A DNA stretch of 64,000 nucleotides, from contig JAGCOR010000025.1 in NCBI GenBank assembly GCA_017642585.1, positions 19,537-83,536 on the forward strand, read 5' to 3'. This document shows positions 33,460 to 43,573 of the stretch, piece after piece. Source of the DNA: Alphaproteobacteria bacterium. Its GTDB lineage: Bacteria > Pseudomonadota > Alphaproteobacteria > Rs-D84. The notes under the pieces are model-generated. The model saw only the letters and a program-made list of their open reading frames with translations. It was not told the DNA's origin and did not search any database. Within the stretch, counting starts at the first letter, position 1. Every line of letters starts with the position of its first letter. Made by a program: the position numbers and the translations under genes.

Positions 33460-36400
33460 ATGACTAAGCATTTTTTACTTGGTATTTCAATATTACCCGC
33501 ATTGTTAGTGATGCCTGCAATGGCAGTTGATGTGGCAAATTTAGATGAATTGATGGTTGCATTGCAAACTGGCGGTAACATTAATCTGACAGATGATATT
33601 GTGATTAATGGCGGAATGCCTGTTGTTGCAAACACTGTTATAGACGGTGGCAATCATGGTGTAACACCTATGACATTTGCTGTCCCCAGTAAAATTGGTT
33701 CTGTAAATGCGTATCAAGGAACTTTGGGGCAAGGAACCATAACTGGTATAGATGATGTTTTTTATTATGCAAACAGCACATTAGCCGTTGGTAATAAAAT
33801 ATATTCAGATTCTGGCAAAACAGACGAAGTTGGCACAATTACATTTAAAAGTGGCACGATTTATTCTGTTGGTCAGGCAACAACCGCGACATTGACACGC
33901 GATCCATCACAAGACGTGTTCGCTTCTAATAAAACTTATTTGGCATTTACTACATCATCAAATGAAACTGTTTATGCATATATAAGTGGTGCCAATAAAA
34001 CAGAAGCAGATTTGACAGCATCTACATTGTTCTATTCAACTGCTGCCACAACCAATCCAGTTGGAATGCAGGGTGCTACATTGGTTGAAGATGGTGTATT
34101 CTCTACAAACCAATATGATACTTTTGATTTCTCTGTAACTGGTAAACCTCATGATATTTATGAAATAAATGGTGATACAGTATATTATGATTATAACAAA
34201 ACGCCAACTTATTACTATTCAAGTCCTGCGTTAGCTTCAGATACAAAGGCATATATCGTTTCTGGTAGTTCTGTGCAGTCATTTAAGAATAATTTGAATG
34301 TTGCTGCTGGGACAGATTTAACTGTTCAAAACATGGAATTTAACGGAATACAAAATTCAACATCTTTAGAAAAGGGTGGAGTCATATATTCTGATAATTC
34401 GGCTTCTGAAACAAAAAATAATATTACATTAGATAATGTTACTATGCAGAATAATATTGCAGGTAACGGTTTAGTTTATACGAAGAATTCAAATTTGGTT
34501 GTATCAGATATAGAAGCGACAGGTAATACTGGTAGTGTTTTTTATATATTGGGTTCTGATGCAAATATAAGTGGGACTTTTATCGGTAATCACGCATTAT
34601 CTGGTGGTGCGATAGACGTAACTTCCGGTAGTAATTTAACAATTTCTGGTTTGTTCCAGGAAAATTATGCAAGCACAAATGTTGCTAATGCTGCGGGTGC
34701 TGTAAATTCTGCACAAGGCGCTTTGACAATTTTGGATGGCACACAATTCAAGAACAATTATTCTAAAAACGCGAGTGCGGGTGCTGTAAATGTTTCTGGA
34801 TTATCAACGACACCAGGTAAAGGTGGATATTTAACCGTTGGTAATAATGTTATATTTGACGGCAATACAGCAGGTTTTCAAAGCTTTGATTCAAATGTTG
34901 TGACAAAGACAACGGCAAATGGCGGTGCTATGGTAATTGGTGCGTTGATGGAATCACCTACATTTGGCACAGGGGTCAAATTTAAAAACAACAGAGCGGT
35001 AAACCAAGGTGGTGCGTTGGCATTAACAGGCGCTGCAGCTGATGATGCTGGTATGATTTTCAATAATGGTATTGAATTTGATAACAATTCAGCGTCGCAG
35101 GGTGGTGCGTTTGCTATAACTGCAAATATCAAAACAACATTGGATGGTTTGTCATTTACAAACAATCATGCAAATGGCGGGGACAATGCGATTGGTGGTG
35201 CATTGGTTGTATCGGGCAGTGTAACAAATCAAACTACACCTGAAAATGCAGCCAGCAGAGTGAAAACATTGACTATCACCAACACTTCATTTGAAGATAA
35301 CCAGTCAGATACCGCTGCTGGTGCGATTGGTCAAACAATGATTACTGCTTTCAATGGTAGTAAATATTCACAAGGTATGACCATAGATGTTTTGAACAGC
35401 ACTTTCACAGATAATACAGCAGGCGCAGAAGGTGGTGCGATAGTTTCTGATGCTATATTAAATGTGACAGGTTCTGCATTTGAAGGAAACCAGACGACCG
35501 GTACAGTAATCGGGGTAAATTCAACAGATTCTAATGAAGGTGGTGGTGCAATATTTATGTATGATGACAGTGTTGCGACCATAACAAATTCTACATTTAC
35601 ATCTAATGAATCTGGTACTTGGGGTGGTGCGATTTCTACACGTGGAATTTCATCCGCTCAACCAGGTGCGAATTCTTCTTTGACAGTAAACGGTGGTACA
35701 TTTACAGATAATAGCGCTGTATATGGTGGTGCGATTGCGAATTCTTTGCAAAATACTGTAAATGACCAAGAAGAAATCACAAAATATGGTGCTGTGGTTT
35801 CTGGGGCAACATTCAAAGAAAACAGTGCCACACAATTTGGTGGTGCGATTTACAATGTCGGGGATATAACAGTTAATAACACTGTGTTTGGTGGGGTTGA
35901 TTTAACAGATCCACAAAACCCTGTGTCATTGGGCAATACCGCATTGAAGGGTGGCGCGATTCTTAACTCTGGCAGTTTGACACTGTCTGGCGGTTCATTT
36001 ACAGGTAATACTGCAACAGGAACAGGAAAAGATGCAGCAAACAAAGATATGGGTGGTGGTGCGATTTATTCCGACCTGTCCACAAGTGTAACCGATATCG
36101 ATAATGTTAGTTTTGTTGGAAATTCAGCAAATTATATCGGTGGTGCTGTGTATGTATATTCTGGTACTGCCAATATAAATAATTCCACATTTACAGATAA
36201 TTCTGCTAACTGGGGCGGTGCGATTTATACAAAAGCACGTCCTGCGGATGGACAGCAGATTTCTGATTTGGTAATTAACAATTCAACATTTACCAATAAT
36301 AGTGCAAAAGGTGTTGGTGCGGTTGGTGTTATGAGAAAGGGTATTATTACAAATACTACTTTCACTGACAACCATGCAACAGATTCCACAGATGACGGGG

Positions 36401-38718
36401 CGGGTGCTTTGTTCTTGGGTGCTGAATCTTATACAACACTGACAGGCGGTAGTTTTGTTGATAATGCTTCTGCTTCTGCTGCTGGTGCTATTGGTACACG
36501 TGATTTTGGTCAGGGTAATAACGTTGATGCAAAGTTAGACATCAATGGCACACGCTTTGAACATAATATTGCAGCAACAAGTGGTGGTGCGATTGATAAC
36601 TATTTCTATAATGATGCCGCAAATGATGGTTATGTAAATGTTTCAAACGCAACATTTACATTGAATGGTGCAGCAAATGGTGGTGCGATTTATAACCATG
36701 CTGTAGTGGCACAAACTGGAAATATGAGTATCAATAATTCTTCATTTACCAGTAACACGGCAACTGTTGCCGGTGGTGCCTTGTATAACGAAGGTGAATT
36801 GACATTTGATGGTTCGACAAGATTCACTACTAATACAGCGGCATTGCAAGGTGGTGCATTGTTTAATTCTGATTCTGGTGAAGTTTTGTTCAAGAAATTG
36901 GCAACATTTACCGGTAACCAAGCTACTGGCACCGCAACAACCGAGGGTGGTGCAATTAACAATGCCGGCACAGTTACATTTGAAAAGAATGCTGTGTTCA
37001 CAAACAACCAAGCCGACGCAGGTGGTGCAATAGTTAACAACGGTGGTACTTTGACATTGACAGAAGCATCCGTGTTCCAATCTAACCATGCGAATCTTGT
37101 GGGTGGTGCTTTGTTAAATAATAGTGGTACAGTTAGTTTGACTGATGCAACATTCAGAAACAATAGTGCTACAGCTGCTGGTGGTGCAATTGCTAACGAT
37201 AGCGGAACAATCACATTAAATGGAACAAATACATTTGTTGGTAATACCGCAAATGGTCATGCAAACGATATTGATAGTCATGGTACTTTGAATATCGCGT
37301 CTGGTACAACAACATTAAGTGGTGGTATTACAGGTGGTCCATCTGCTACTTTGAATATTGCAGAAGGTGCAACTTTGAATATTGGCACTGCATCTGTGGC
37401 TCAAAACACAATCAATTTGAATGGAACAATGTTGGCTACATTGCGTGGTGGGGATGATGCACAAATCACAGCAACCAGTGCATTCAATGGTGACGGTGAA
37501 TTGAAGTTGGCATTTGATGGTGAAGGTTTATATCATGTATTTGGTGGTGAAGTGTTTGCCAAAGAAAATGGTATAGATTTGTCCAGTGTTGTTTATGATT
37601 TGACCTGGTCAGACGATGGCAGAGATGTTACTGCAGCTTTGAAATCTGTTGAAGATTTGGCCGAAGAAAATCATTTAACAACTGAAACAGCTGCCACAAT
37701 TGTTAACCTGACAAGTTCTACATCCGATGTGTTGAATGATTTGTCTGTGACTATCCAAGAAAAATTGGCAACAGGTACAGAAGAAGCCAGACAGGAAGTT
37801 GAACAAGCTCAAGTTGCTATCAACCCTGAAAAAGAATCTGTGGTTCAATCTGTAACATCATCAGTTCAAAATGCTGTAAGCTCTTTGGCAATGTCTCGTA
37901 TGTCTATGCCAATGGGTGGACGTAACGGTGGTGACGCAAAAGTAACTGGCCGTGGTGTTTGGGTCAACGGTATATTCAACAAAGCAAAACAAAATGATGC
38001 GTTTAATGGATATACTCGTGGATTCGCAGCCGGTTTGGATGGAACTATCAATAATAAATGGACAATTGGTGCAGGTTATTCGTTTGCTCATTCCGATGTC
38101 GACGGATCAGCACGTGATACAGAAATCGAATCGTCTTCTGTGTTCGTGTACGGTCAATACAGACAGAAAGCATGGTATGTAAACGGTGTAGCTAACTATA
38201 CTATGGCTGATTATTCAGAACAAGGAACAGCGTTGGGAACGCCTGTGACTGCTGATTATGATGTTAAATCATATGGTGCAAATGTCGCAACAGGTTATCG
38301 TTTCGCTGGCGGTATAACACCTGAATTGTCATTACGTTATTTGCATATCGACGGATCTGATTATGTAAATTCGTTGGGTATCAAAAACGAATTGAAAGAA
38401 TCTGATTATTTAACTGCAGCTTTGGGAACAAAATATGCTTTCCGTATCAAAGTAACAGAAGCATTTAGATTACGTCCTGAATTAAGTTATGCTGTTAAAT
38501 ATGATATGTTGTCTGATAAACAGGTCGCAAATGTAACAATGCCAGGTTTGAATTCCTATGCGTTGGATGGTGACAGATTGTCCCGTATCGCTGGTGAATT
38601 CGGTATTGGATTGGGCGCAAGATACAAAGGATTGGATGTGTCTTTGAACTATGATATCGAAGCACGTGAAGATTACACTTCCCAAACAGGTCGCCTGAAA
38701 TTCAGATACAATTTCTAA
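33460..38718 (+). CDS. Autotransporter with Pmp-type (GGA[ILV] / FxxN) repeat passenger domain
   Basis: Start at ATG 33460 (AAAGGAGAG upstream). Signal peptide MTKHFLLGISILPALLVMPAMA. About 25 GGAI/GGAL/GGAV motifs alternate with F-x-x-N motifs. C-terminal beta-barrel ends ...GRLKFRYNF. Confidence 0.85.
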   Translation: MTKHFLLGISILPALLVMPAMAVDVANLDELMVALQTGGNINLTDDIVINGGMPVVANTVIDGGNHGVTPMTFAVPSKIGSVNAYQGTLGQGTITGIDDVFYYANSTLAVGNKIYSDSGKTDEVGTITFKSGTIYSVGQATTATLTRDPSQDVFASNKTYLAFTTSSNETVYAYISGANKTEADLTASTLFYSTAATTNPVGMQGATLVEDGVFSTNQYDTFDFSVTGKPHDIYEINGDTVYYDYNKTPTYYYSSPALASDTKAYIVSGSSVQSFKNNLNVAAGTDLTVQNMEFNGIQNSTSLEKGGVIYSDNSASETKNNITLDNVTMQNNIAGNGLVYTKNSNLVVSDIEATGNTGSVFYILGSDANISGTFIGNHALSGGAIDVTSGSNLTISGLFQENYASTNVANAAGAVNSAQGALTILDGTQFKNNYSKNASAGAVNVSGLSTTPGKGGYLTVGNNVIFDGNTAGFQSFDSNVVTKTTANGGAMVIGALMESPTFGTGVKFKNNRAVNQGGALALTGAAADDAGMIFNNGIEFDNNSASQGGAFAITANIKTTLDGLSFTNNHANGGDNAIGGALVVSGSVTNQTTPENAASRVKTLTITNTSFEDNQSDTAAGAIGQTMITAFNGSKYSQGMTIDVLNSTFTDNTAGAEGGAIVSDAILNVTGSAFEGNQTTGTVIGVNSTDSNEGGGAIFMYDDSVATITNSTFTSNESGTWGGAISTRGISSAQPGANSSLTVNGGTFTDNSAVYGGAIANSLQNTVNDQEEITKYGAVVSGATFKENSATQFGGAIYNVGDITVNNTVFGGVDLTDPQNPVSLGNTALKGGAILNSGSLTLSGGSFTGNTATGTGKDAANKDMGGGAIYSDLSTSVTDIDNVSFVGNSANYIGGAVYVYSGTANINNSTFTDNSANWGGAIYTKARPADGQQISDLVINNSTFTNNSAKGVGAVGVMRKGIITNTTFTDNHATDSTDDGAGALFLGAESYTTLTGGSFVDNASASAAGAIGTRDFGQGNNVDAKLDINGTRFEHNIAATSGGAIDNYFYNDAANDGYVNVSNATFTLNGAANGGAIYNHAVVAQTGNMSINNSSFTSNTATVAGGALYNEGELTFDGSTRFTTNTAALQGGALFNSDSGEVLFKKLATFTGNQATGTATTEGGAINNAGTVTFEKNAVFTNNQADAGGAIVNNGGTLTLTEASVFQSNHANLVGGALLNNSGTVSLTDATFRNNSATAAGGAIANDSGTITLNGTNTFVGNTANGHANDIDSHGTLNIASGTTTLSGGITGGPSATLNIAEGATLNIGTASVAQNTINLNGTMLATLRGGDDAQITATSAFNGDGELKLAFDGEGLYHVFGGEVFAKENGIDLSSVVYDLTWSDDGRDVTAALKSVEDLAEENHLTTETAATIVNLTSSTSDVLNDLSVTIQEKLATGTEEARQEVEQAQVAINPEKESVVQSVTSSVQNAVSSLAMSRMSMPMGGRNGGDAKVTGRGVWVNGIFNKAKQNDAFNGYTRGFAAGLDGTINNKWTIGAGYSFAHSDVDGSARDTEIESSSVFVYGQYRQKAWYVNGVANYTMADYSEQGTALGTPVTADYDVKSYGANVATGYRFAGGITPELSLRYLHIDGSDYVNSLGIKNELKESDYLTAALGTKYAFRIKVTEAFRLRPELSYAVKYDMLSDKQVANVTMPGLNSYALDGDRLSRIAGEFGIGLGARYKGLDVSLNYDIEAREDYTSQTGRLKFRYNF
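34330..37270 (+). repeat. Array of coding Pmp-type repeats (beta-helix passenger)
   Basis: Recurrent units such as ...FTDNSA-x(2-5)-GGAIY... (FTSNES..WGGAIST, FKENSA..FGGAIYN, FTNNQA..AGGAIVN and others). Confidence 0.8.
37940..38715 (+). other. Autotransporter beta-barrel translocator domain
   Basis: GRGVWVNGIFNKAKQND...GFAAGLDG...WTIGAGYSFAHSD... followed by alternating beta-strand patterning and a terminal aromatic residue. Confidence 0.8.
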
Positions 38719-38734
38719 TGATGGCAATATGTTT

Positions 38735-38766
38735 AAAAAACCACCGAAGTTTCGGTGGTTTTTTAT
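38735..38766. terminator. Bidirectional rho-independent terminator
   Basis: CCACCG-aagttt-CGGTGG flanked by an A-run and a T-run, between convergent genes. Confidence 0.65.
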
Positions 38767-38776
38767 TATCCATTTT

Positions 38777-39532
38777 TTATTTTTTGTGTTGTTTTTTGAA
38801 TTCGCTGGATTTTATTCCGCGTTCCACATGAAACAAATTAAATTCCCTGTCCATGTCGCGTAATTGTTTAACCATGGTTTCTTCTATCTCTTTGCGTTTT
38901 TCTTCAAATGCGACGCCTTTTAATTTTGAATCAACATAGATTGGTTCGCCAATGTTAACTGTTAATGTGCCAAATAATTTTGGAATTAAAAATCTGTCCC
39001 AACGATTAAGAAATATTGCACGTGATGCAGAAAAACAACATGGAACAATAGGGGCGCCTGTCATGCGGGCAAAATATAATGCACCGTCTTGGACACTCAT
39101 AGAAGGACCAGATGGGCCGTCAACCGATATACAAATAGAGGCATTTTTTTCGCGCATTGTTTTGACGCCTTGACGCAGTACCGCGACACCGCCATCTGTG
39201 GTTGAACCGTAAATTGCGCGCATACCAAATAATCTTTGCAGACGTGCCATCATACGACCGTCTTTGTGGCGTGATGTAATGCAATAGGCGGGGATACGCG
39301 CGCTTTTGATAACAGGCGATAACATTGCACTGCGCCCATGAAAAAACACAAATACCACGGGTTTATTGCGGTATTGTTTCAAAGATTCTTTGTTTGTGAA
39401 CCGGTGTTTAGATGTTAAATATATAAACCATATCAGGCCCGCAATCATAAAAGCTAATAACCATTGGGTCAGTGGGTTGAATAATATTGGTGTAATTACT
39501 TTTTTTCGAAATTTTTTTAATCTTTTGGACAT
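38777..39532 (-). CDS. DUF374 / lysophospholipid acyltransferase-superfamily membrane protein
   Basis: Start set at the internal Met (MSKRLKKFRK..., codon 39530-39532) preceding a TM helix. ...FFHGRS...SRHKDGR...DGPSGP... is typical of DUF374. Confidence 0.6.
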   Translation of the reverse strand: MSKRLKKFRKKVITPILFNPLTQWLLAFMIAGLIWFIYLTSKHRFTNKESLKQYRNKPVVFVFFHGRSAMLSPVIKSARIPAYCITSRHKDGRMMARLQRLFGMRAIYGSTTDGGVAVLRQGVKTMREKNASICISVDGPSGPSMSVQDGALYFARMTGAPIVPCCFSASRAIFLNRWDRFLIPKLFGTLTVNIGEPIYVDSKLKGVAFEEKRKEIEETMVKQLRDMDREFNLFHVERGIKSSEFKKQHKK

Positions 39533-39612
39533 ATTTAACCTTTTGGTAATAATTTTATCAGTATTTTGGGCTGTTTGCAAATTTTGAAATATTTGTTGAC
39601 ATAAAATATTTT

Positions 39613-40359
39613 TTGTATAAAATATATATGGGTAAAGAGATAAAAGCAACAATGATTGATGAAACATTACATTTTGAAATAGAACCTGTGTTTATGCCGT
39701 ACCAAAGTGTGTACAATAATTTTGCACGCATTGAAAAACAGTGCGATGTATATTTGGGGTTGTCTGCTTATGATAATGAATTGATGATTAAAGATTATGA
39801 CAGGGGGATAAAAAAGGAACAAAATCATTTTGCTTTCGCGGCTTACTATGATTACGGAATGATAGGATTTGCGTTGGGATATAAAATAAGTAGTGGTGCG
39901 ATGTACCTTAGTAATTTATATGTCGAACCGGGCTATCAAGGTTGGGGTGTTGGTAATAAATTGTTACAACAAGCTGAAAATGTTGCTGCGCTTTATTCGT
40001 CTAATATGAATGTGTTCCCATTGGCTAATGCGATTAAATTTTATCAACATTATGGGTATGAAACACTGAAAGATGATGTTATGACCAAAAAGTTATCAAA
40101 TGTTACAAGTGGTGTAGTTCCTGTATTTGAATGGTGTGATGAATTAACTGCAAAATTAAATATAGAATTTGATACCAAATTATTAAAACAACAAAAATAC
40201 CATCCAATTTTTATTTATGTAGGCAAAGATAGTCGCATAGACGGTGTTGCAACACGTTTGCCAAGTGGTGAAAAAAGGGTTGTGGTTAACAAAGCCAAAG
40301 GTATGGTTTCACGAAATTGGGAATATGAATTGATGGCCGCATTGGATAAATGCAGATAA
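39613..40359 (+). CDS. GNAT-domain acetyltransferase (start uncertain)
   Basis: LYVEPGYQGWGVGNKLLQQAE...FYQHYGYE matches GNAT motif A. Alternative in-frame starts at codons 6 and 14. Confidence 0.6.
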   Translation: MYKIYMGKEIKATMIDETLHFEIEPVFMPYQSVYNNFARIEKQCDVYLGLSAYDNELMIKDYDRGIKKEQNHFAFAAYYDYGMIGFALGYKISSGAMYLSNLYVEPGYQGWGVGNKLLQQAENVAALYSSNMNVFPLANAIKFYQHYGYETLKDDVMTKKLSNVTSGVVPVFEWCDELTAKLNIEFDTKLLKQQKYHPIFIYVGKDSRIDGVATRLPSGEKRVVVNKAKGMVSRNWEYELMAALDKCR

Positions 40360-40388
40360 AAAATCCCGCATTACGCGGGATTTTTATT
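40358..40388. terminator. Bidirectional rho-independent terminator downstream of groEL
   Basis: TCCCGC-attac-GCGGGA with an A-run before and a T-run after. Confidence 0.65.
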
Positions 40389-40401
40389 TTGTGTTTTTTA
40401 A

Positions 40402-42021
40402 TTACATCATGCCAGGCATTGCGTTGTTTGATCCACAATCACAATGTTTTTCTTCTGGGATTTCAGACATAACTGCACCGGTTGTTAATAACACGCCTGC
40501 GGTTGATGCAGCCGCTGTGATAGCGGTTTTAACAACTTTGGCTGGGTCGATAATACCAGATTTCATCATATCTACATATTCGCCAGTTTGGGCATTGTAC
40601 CCGAAATTGTAATCTTTGTTTTCCATGATTTTACCAACAACGATTTCACCAGATACACCCGCGTTTTCAGCAATCTGCATACATGGTGTAACGATTGCAC
40701 GGCGGACAATGTCGATACCAACATTTTGATCTGGGTTTGCGCCGGTCAAATCTTTCAAAGCAGATACAGCGCGTATCAAAGCGACACCACCACCTGCAAC
40801 AATACCTTCTTCGACAGCGGCACGTGTTGCGGCCAATGCGTCATCTACGCGGTCTTTCTTTTCTTTGACTTCGACTTCGGTCATGCCACCAACATGGATA
40901 ACTGCGACACCGCCAACCAATTTTGCCAAACGTTCTGACAATTTTTCGCGGTCATAGTCGCTGGTTGTTGTGGATAATGCTTTGCGGATTTCATCTGCGC
41001 GGTTTTTAATTGCATCACTGTCGCCGTTGCCGTTGACCAATAATGTTTTGTCTTTGGATACAACAACGCGTTTCGCAGATCCCAACACAGCAGGTGTGAT
41101 ATTATCAAATGTCATACCCATATCATCAGATATCAATGTTGCGCCTGTGACGATTGCAATATCTTTCAACATTTCTTTGCGTCTGTCGCCAAAGCCGGGG
41201 GCTTTGACTGCACAAACTTTCAATCCGCCACGCAAACGGTTCAAAACCAATGTTGCCAACGCTTCGCTTTCAACATCTTCTGCGATAATCAATAATGGGC
41301 GACCAGATTGGGCAACCGGTTCCAATATAGGAAGCAATGCTTGCAATCCTGTGATTTTCTTTTCAGAAACCAAAATTTGCGCGTTTTCCAATTCAGCCAA
41401 CATTTTTTCGCTGTTTGTAACGAAATAGGGCGACATGAAACCTTGGTCAAATTGCATACCTTCGACCACATCAATTTCAGTATCTAAACCTTTGGCTTCT
41501 TGAACTGTGATAACACCTTCTTTGCCAACTTTGTCCATAGCATCAGCAATTTTTTGACCAATGTCAGAATCGCTGTTTGCAGAAATTGTTGCAACCTGGG
41601 CGATTTCAGATGAATCTTTGACAGGGCGTGCATGTTGTTCAATATCTTTGACAACTGCGGACACAGCAATATCAATTCCGCGTTTGATATCCATTGGGTT
41701 CATACCAGCTGCGATAACACGACGACCTTCTTTGAAAATATTCTGGGCCAACACAGTTGCGGTTGTTGTTCCGTCCCCAGCATTATCGCCAGCACGTTTT
41801 GCAACTTCTTGAATCATTTTTGCACCAATATTTTCAGCAGGGTCTTTCAAAGAAACTTCTTTGGCGACCGTTACACCGTCTTTTGTTGCGATTGGTGCAC
41901 CATATGAACGTTCAATAACCACAGTGCGACCCTTTGGTCCCATTGTGATTTTTACTGCGTTTGCCAATTTATCAACACCCGCAGCCAATTTATCTGTATT
42001 AAAAACAATATCTTTTGCCAT
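40402..42021 (-). CDS. groEL: Chaperonin GroEL
   Basis: MAKDIVF...[10 protein letters not shown]..., [12 protein letters not shown] and a C-terminal ...MPGMM tail. 539 aa. Confidence 0.97.
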   Translation of the reverse strand: MAKDIVFNTDKLAAGVDKLANAVKITMGPKGRTVVIERSYGAPIATKDGVTVAKEVSLKDPAENIGAKMIQEVAKRAGDNAGDGTTTATVLAQNIFKEGRRVIAAGMNPMDIKRGIDIAVSAVVKDIEQHARPVKDSSEIAQVATISANSDSDIGQKIADAMDKVGKEGVITVQEAKGLDTEIDVVEGMQFDQGFMSPYFVTNSEKMLAELENAQILVSEKKITGLQALLPILEPVAQSGRPLLIIAEDVESEALATLVLNRLRGGLKVCAVKAPGFGDRRKEMLKDIAIVTGATLISDDMGMTFDNITPAVLGSAKRVVVSKDKTLLVNGNGDSDAIKNRADEIRKALSTTTSDYDREKLSERLAKLVGGVAVIHVGGMTEVEVKEKKDRVDDALAATRAAVEEGIVAGGGVALIRAVSALKDLTGANPDQNVGIDIVRRAIVTPCMQIAENAGVSGEIVVGKIMENKDYNFGYNAQTGEYVDMMKSGIIDPAKVVKTAITAAASTAGVLLTTGAVMSEIPEEKHCDCGSNNAMPGMM

Positions 42022-42036
42022 TGTTTATTCCTTTGA

Positions 42037-42321
42037 TTATAAAATTCCCAAGATGTCAGATTCTTTGATTAAAACATAATCTTTGCCATCAATTTTAACT
42101 TCATTTGCAGATGAAGCCCATTTTGCAAATAATACAATATCATTTGGTTTTACCGTTACAGGAATCTTTTGCCCGTTGTCATATATACCGTCCCCAGTGG
42201 CAATAACACGGCCACGAACTGGTTTTTCTTTTGCGTTATCAGGGATAATGATTCCGCCTGCGGTTTTGTTTTCTTCTTCTATTCTTTCTAATAAAATATA
42301 GTTATGCAATGGTTTAAACAT
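42037..42321 (-). CDS. groES: Co-chaperonin GroES
   Basis: 94 aa. [28 protein letters not shown]. Lies immediately upstream of groEL. Confidence 0.95.
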   Translation of the reverse strand: MFKPLHNYILLERIEEENKTAGGIIIPDNAKEKPVRGRVIATGDGIYDNGQKIPVTVKPNDIVLFAKWASSANEVKIDGKDYVLIKESDILGIL

Positions 42322-42346
42322 AATATAACTCCTTTGCTATGCCTGA

Positions 42347-42374
42347 AATATAGTAAAAATTTTTTATATTTCAA
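42347..42374 (-). promoter_or_regulatory. Candidate promoter of groES-groEL (TTGAAA, 16 nt spacer, TATATT on the minus strand)
   Basis: -35 at 42369-42374 and -10 at 42347-42352. Pattern match only. No CIRCE element seen. Confidence 0.35.
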
Positions 42375-42431
42375 CCCTTGATTTTATCTTTGTGGTCGTT
42401 GTATTATCTGGATATACAAAAGGGGTAATTT

Positions 42432-42779
42432 ATGTACGATAACGATAATGTGTTTGCAAAAATTTTACGTGGTCAAATTCCATGCAAAGAAGTTTACAGT
42501 GATGATACTGTGCTGGCATTCTATGATGTTGCACCACGGGCAAAGGTTCATGTTTTGGTTATTCCACGTGGTGAATACACAGATATTTTTGATTTTACAC
42601 AAAATGCGCCGGCTGATTTCCAAATTGCTTTTTGGAAGGGCGTTCGTAAAACTGTTGAAACATTAGGGGTGCGTGATAATTTCAGAACTGTTGCCAATAC
42701 CGGTCGCGGTTCAGGTCAATCAGTTATGCATTTCCATGTTCATATAATGAGTGATGACAGATTCTGTGAAGAATTTTAA
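42432..42779 (+). CDS. HIT-family (histidine triad) protein
   Basis: HVLVIPRG and the histidine triad HFHVHIM. 115 aa. Confidence 0.88.
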   Translation: MYDNDNVFAKILRGQIPCKEVYSDDTVLAFYDVAPRAKVHVLVIPRGEYTDIFDFTQNAPADFQIAFWKGVRKTVETLGVRDNFRTVANTGRGSGQSVMHFHVHIMSDDRFCEEF

Positions 42780-42987
42780 GGTGCGTGTAACACCGCATGC
42801 TAAGCAAAACAAAGTCGTCCAAGACGGCGATATTTTGCGTGTTTATACAACAACCGCCCCTGAAAAAGGCCGTGCCAATGGGGCGGTTATTGAATTATTG
42901 TCTGAATATTTAAAAATACCTAAATCCAGAATTAAGATATCAAAGGGCCTTGCATTTCGTGAAAAAACGATCACTGTCGACGGTTAA
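42751..42987 (+). CDS. DUF167 (YggU) family protein; start may be GTG 42781
   Basis: VRVTPHAKQNKV...APEKGRANGAVIELLSEYLKIPKSRIKISKGLAFREKTITV matches the DUF167 consensus pattern. Confidence 0.75.
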   Translation: MMTDSVKNFKVRVTPHAKQNKVVQDGDILRVYTTTAPEKGRANGAVIELLSEYLKIPKSRIKISKGLAFREKTITVDG

Positions 42988-43524
42988 ATCTTGGATAAGT
43001 TCTTCCGGTGTGTTCACGATATGCAAATTGTAATCATCTGGGTTTGGCATAAAACCTTCTGTTTGCATCAATACCATAATATCCCCAAAAATTTCCCAAT
43101 ATTTAGCGGTATTCATCAGGAATATAGGTTTGCAAGATTCGCCAACCTGTTGTTTGGTCATGATATCTGTCATTTCATCCAATGTGCCCATACCACCAGG
43201 CAAAATAATGAAAGCGTCTGACAAATCATACATTTCTTGTTTACGGGTGGATAAACCATCTACGACTTTGACATCAATTTCTTTGTGTGCTGGTTCTTGC
43301 AAGGACAAAACGTGTGTTGTTGATATGCCTATAACCTGGCCACCGTTTTCCAAGGCCGCACTGGACACCGCACCCATCAAACCAACATTTCCACCACCAA
43401 AAACCAATGTAATTTTATTGCGTGCTAATAATTCACCAATTTTTTTTGCATCACGAATATATTCGGGATTATTTCCCGCCTGGTGCCCGCAATATACGGC
43501 CACCGACTTAATTTTTTTATTCAT
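42940..43524 (-). CDS. LOG-family (TIGR00730) nucleotide phosphoribohydrolase
   Basis: VYCGHQAGNNPEY, GGGNVGLMG and PGGMGTLDE motifs. Confidence 0.88.
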   Translation of the reverse strand: MNKKIKSVAVYCGHQAGNNPEYIRDAKKIGELLARNKITLVFGGGNVGLMGAVSSAALENGGQVIGISTTHVLSLQEPAHKEIDVKVVDGLSTRKQEMYDLSDAFIILPGGMGTLDEMTDIMTKQQVGESCKPIFLMNTAKYWEIFGDIMVLMQTEGFMPNPDDYNLHIVNTPEELIQDLTVDSDRFFTKCKAL

Positions 43525-43573
43525 CTTTCTTTTTCCTTTATTTTTGAAAATTATAACATAAAATAGTCTTATT

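Noticed and set aside
33097-33653. Minus-strand ORFs 33097-33471 and 33315-33653 bridging the APH paralog 2 and the autotransporter start.
   Set aside because: They overlap the well-supported plus-strand genes and the autotransporter RBS and signal-peptide region, and have no motifs.
42322-42431. CIRCE (TTAGCACTC-N9-GAGTGCTAA) or a sigma32-type -10 (CCCCAT) upstream of groES.
   Set aside because: I read both strands of the intergenic region. No CIRCE-like inverted repeat or CCCCAT box is present, only a sigma70-like TTGAAA/TATATT pair.
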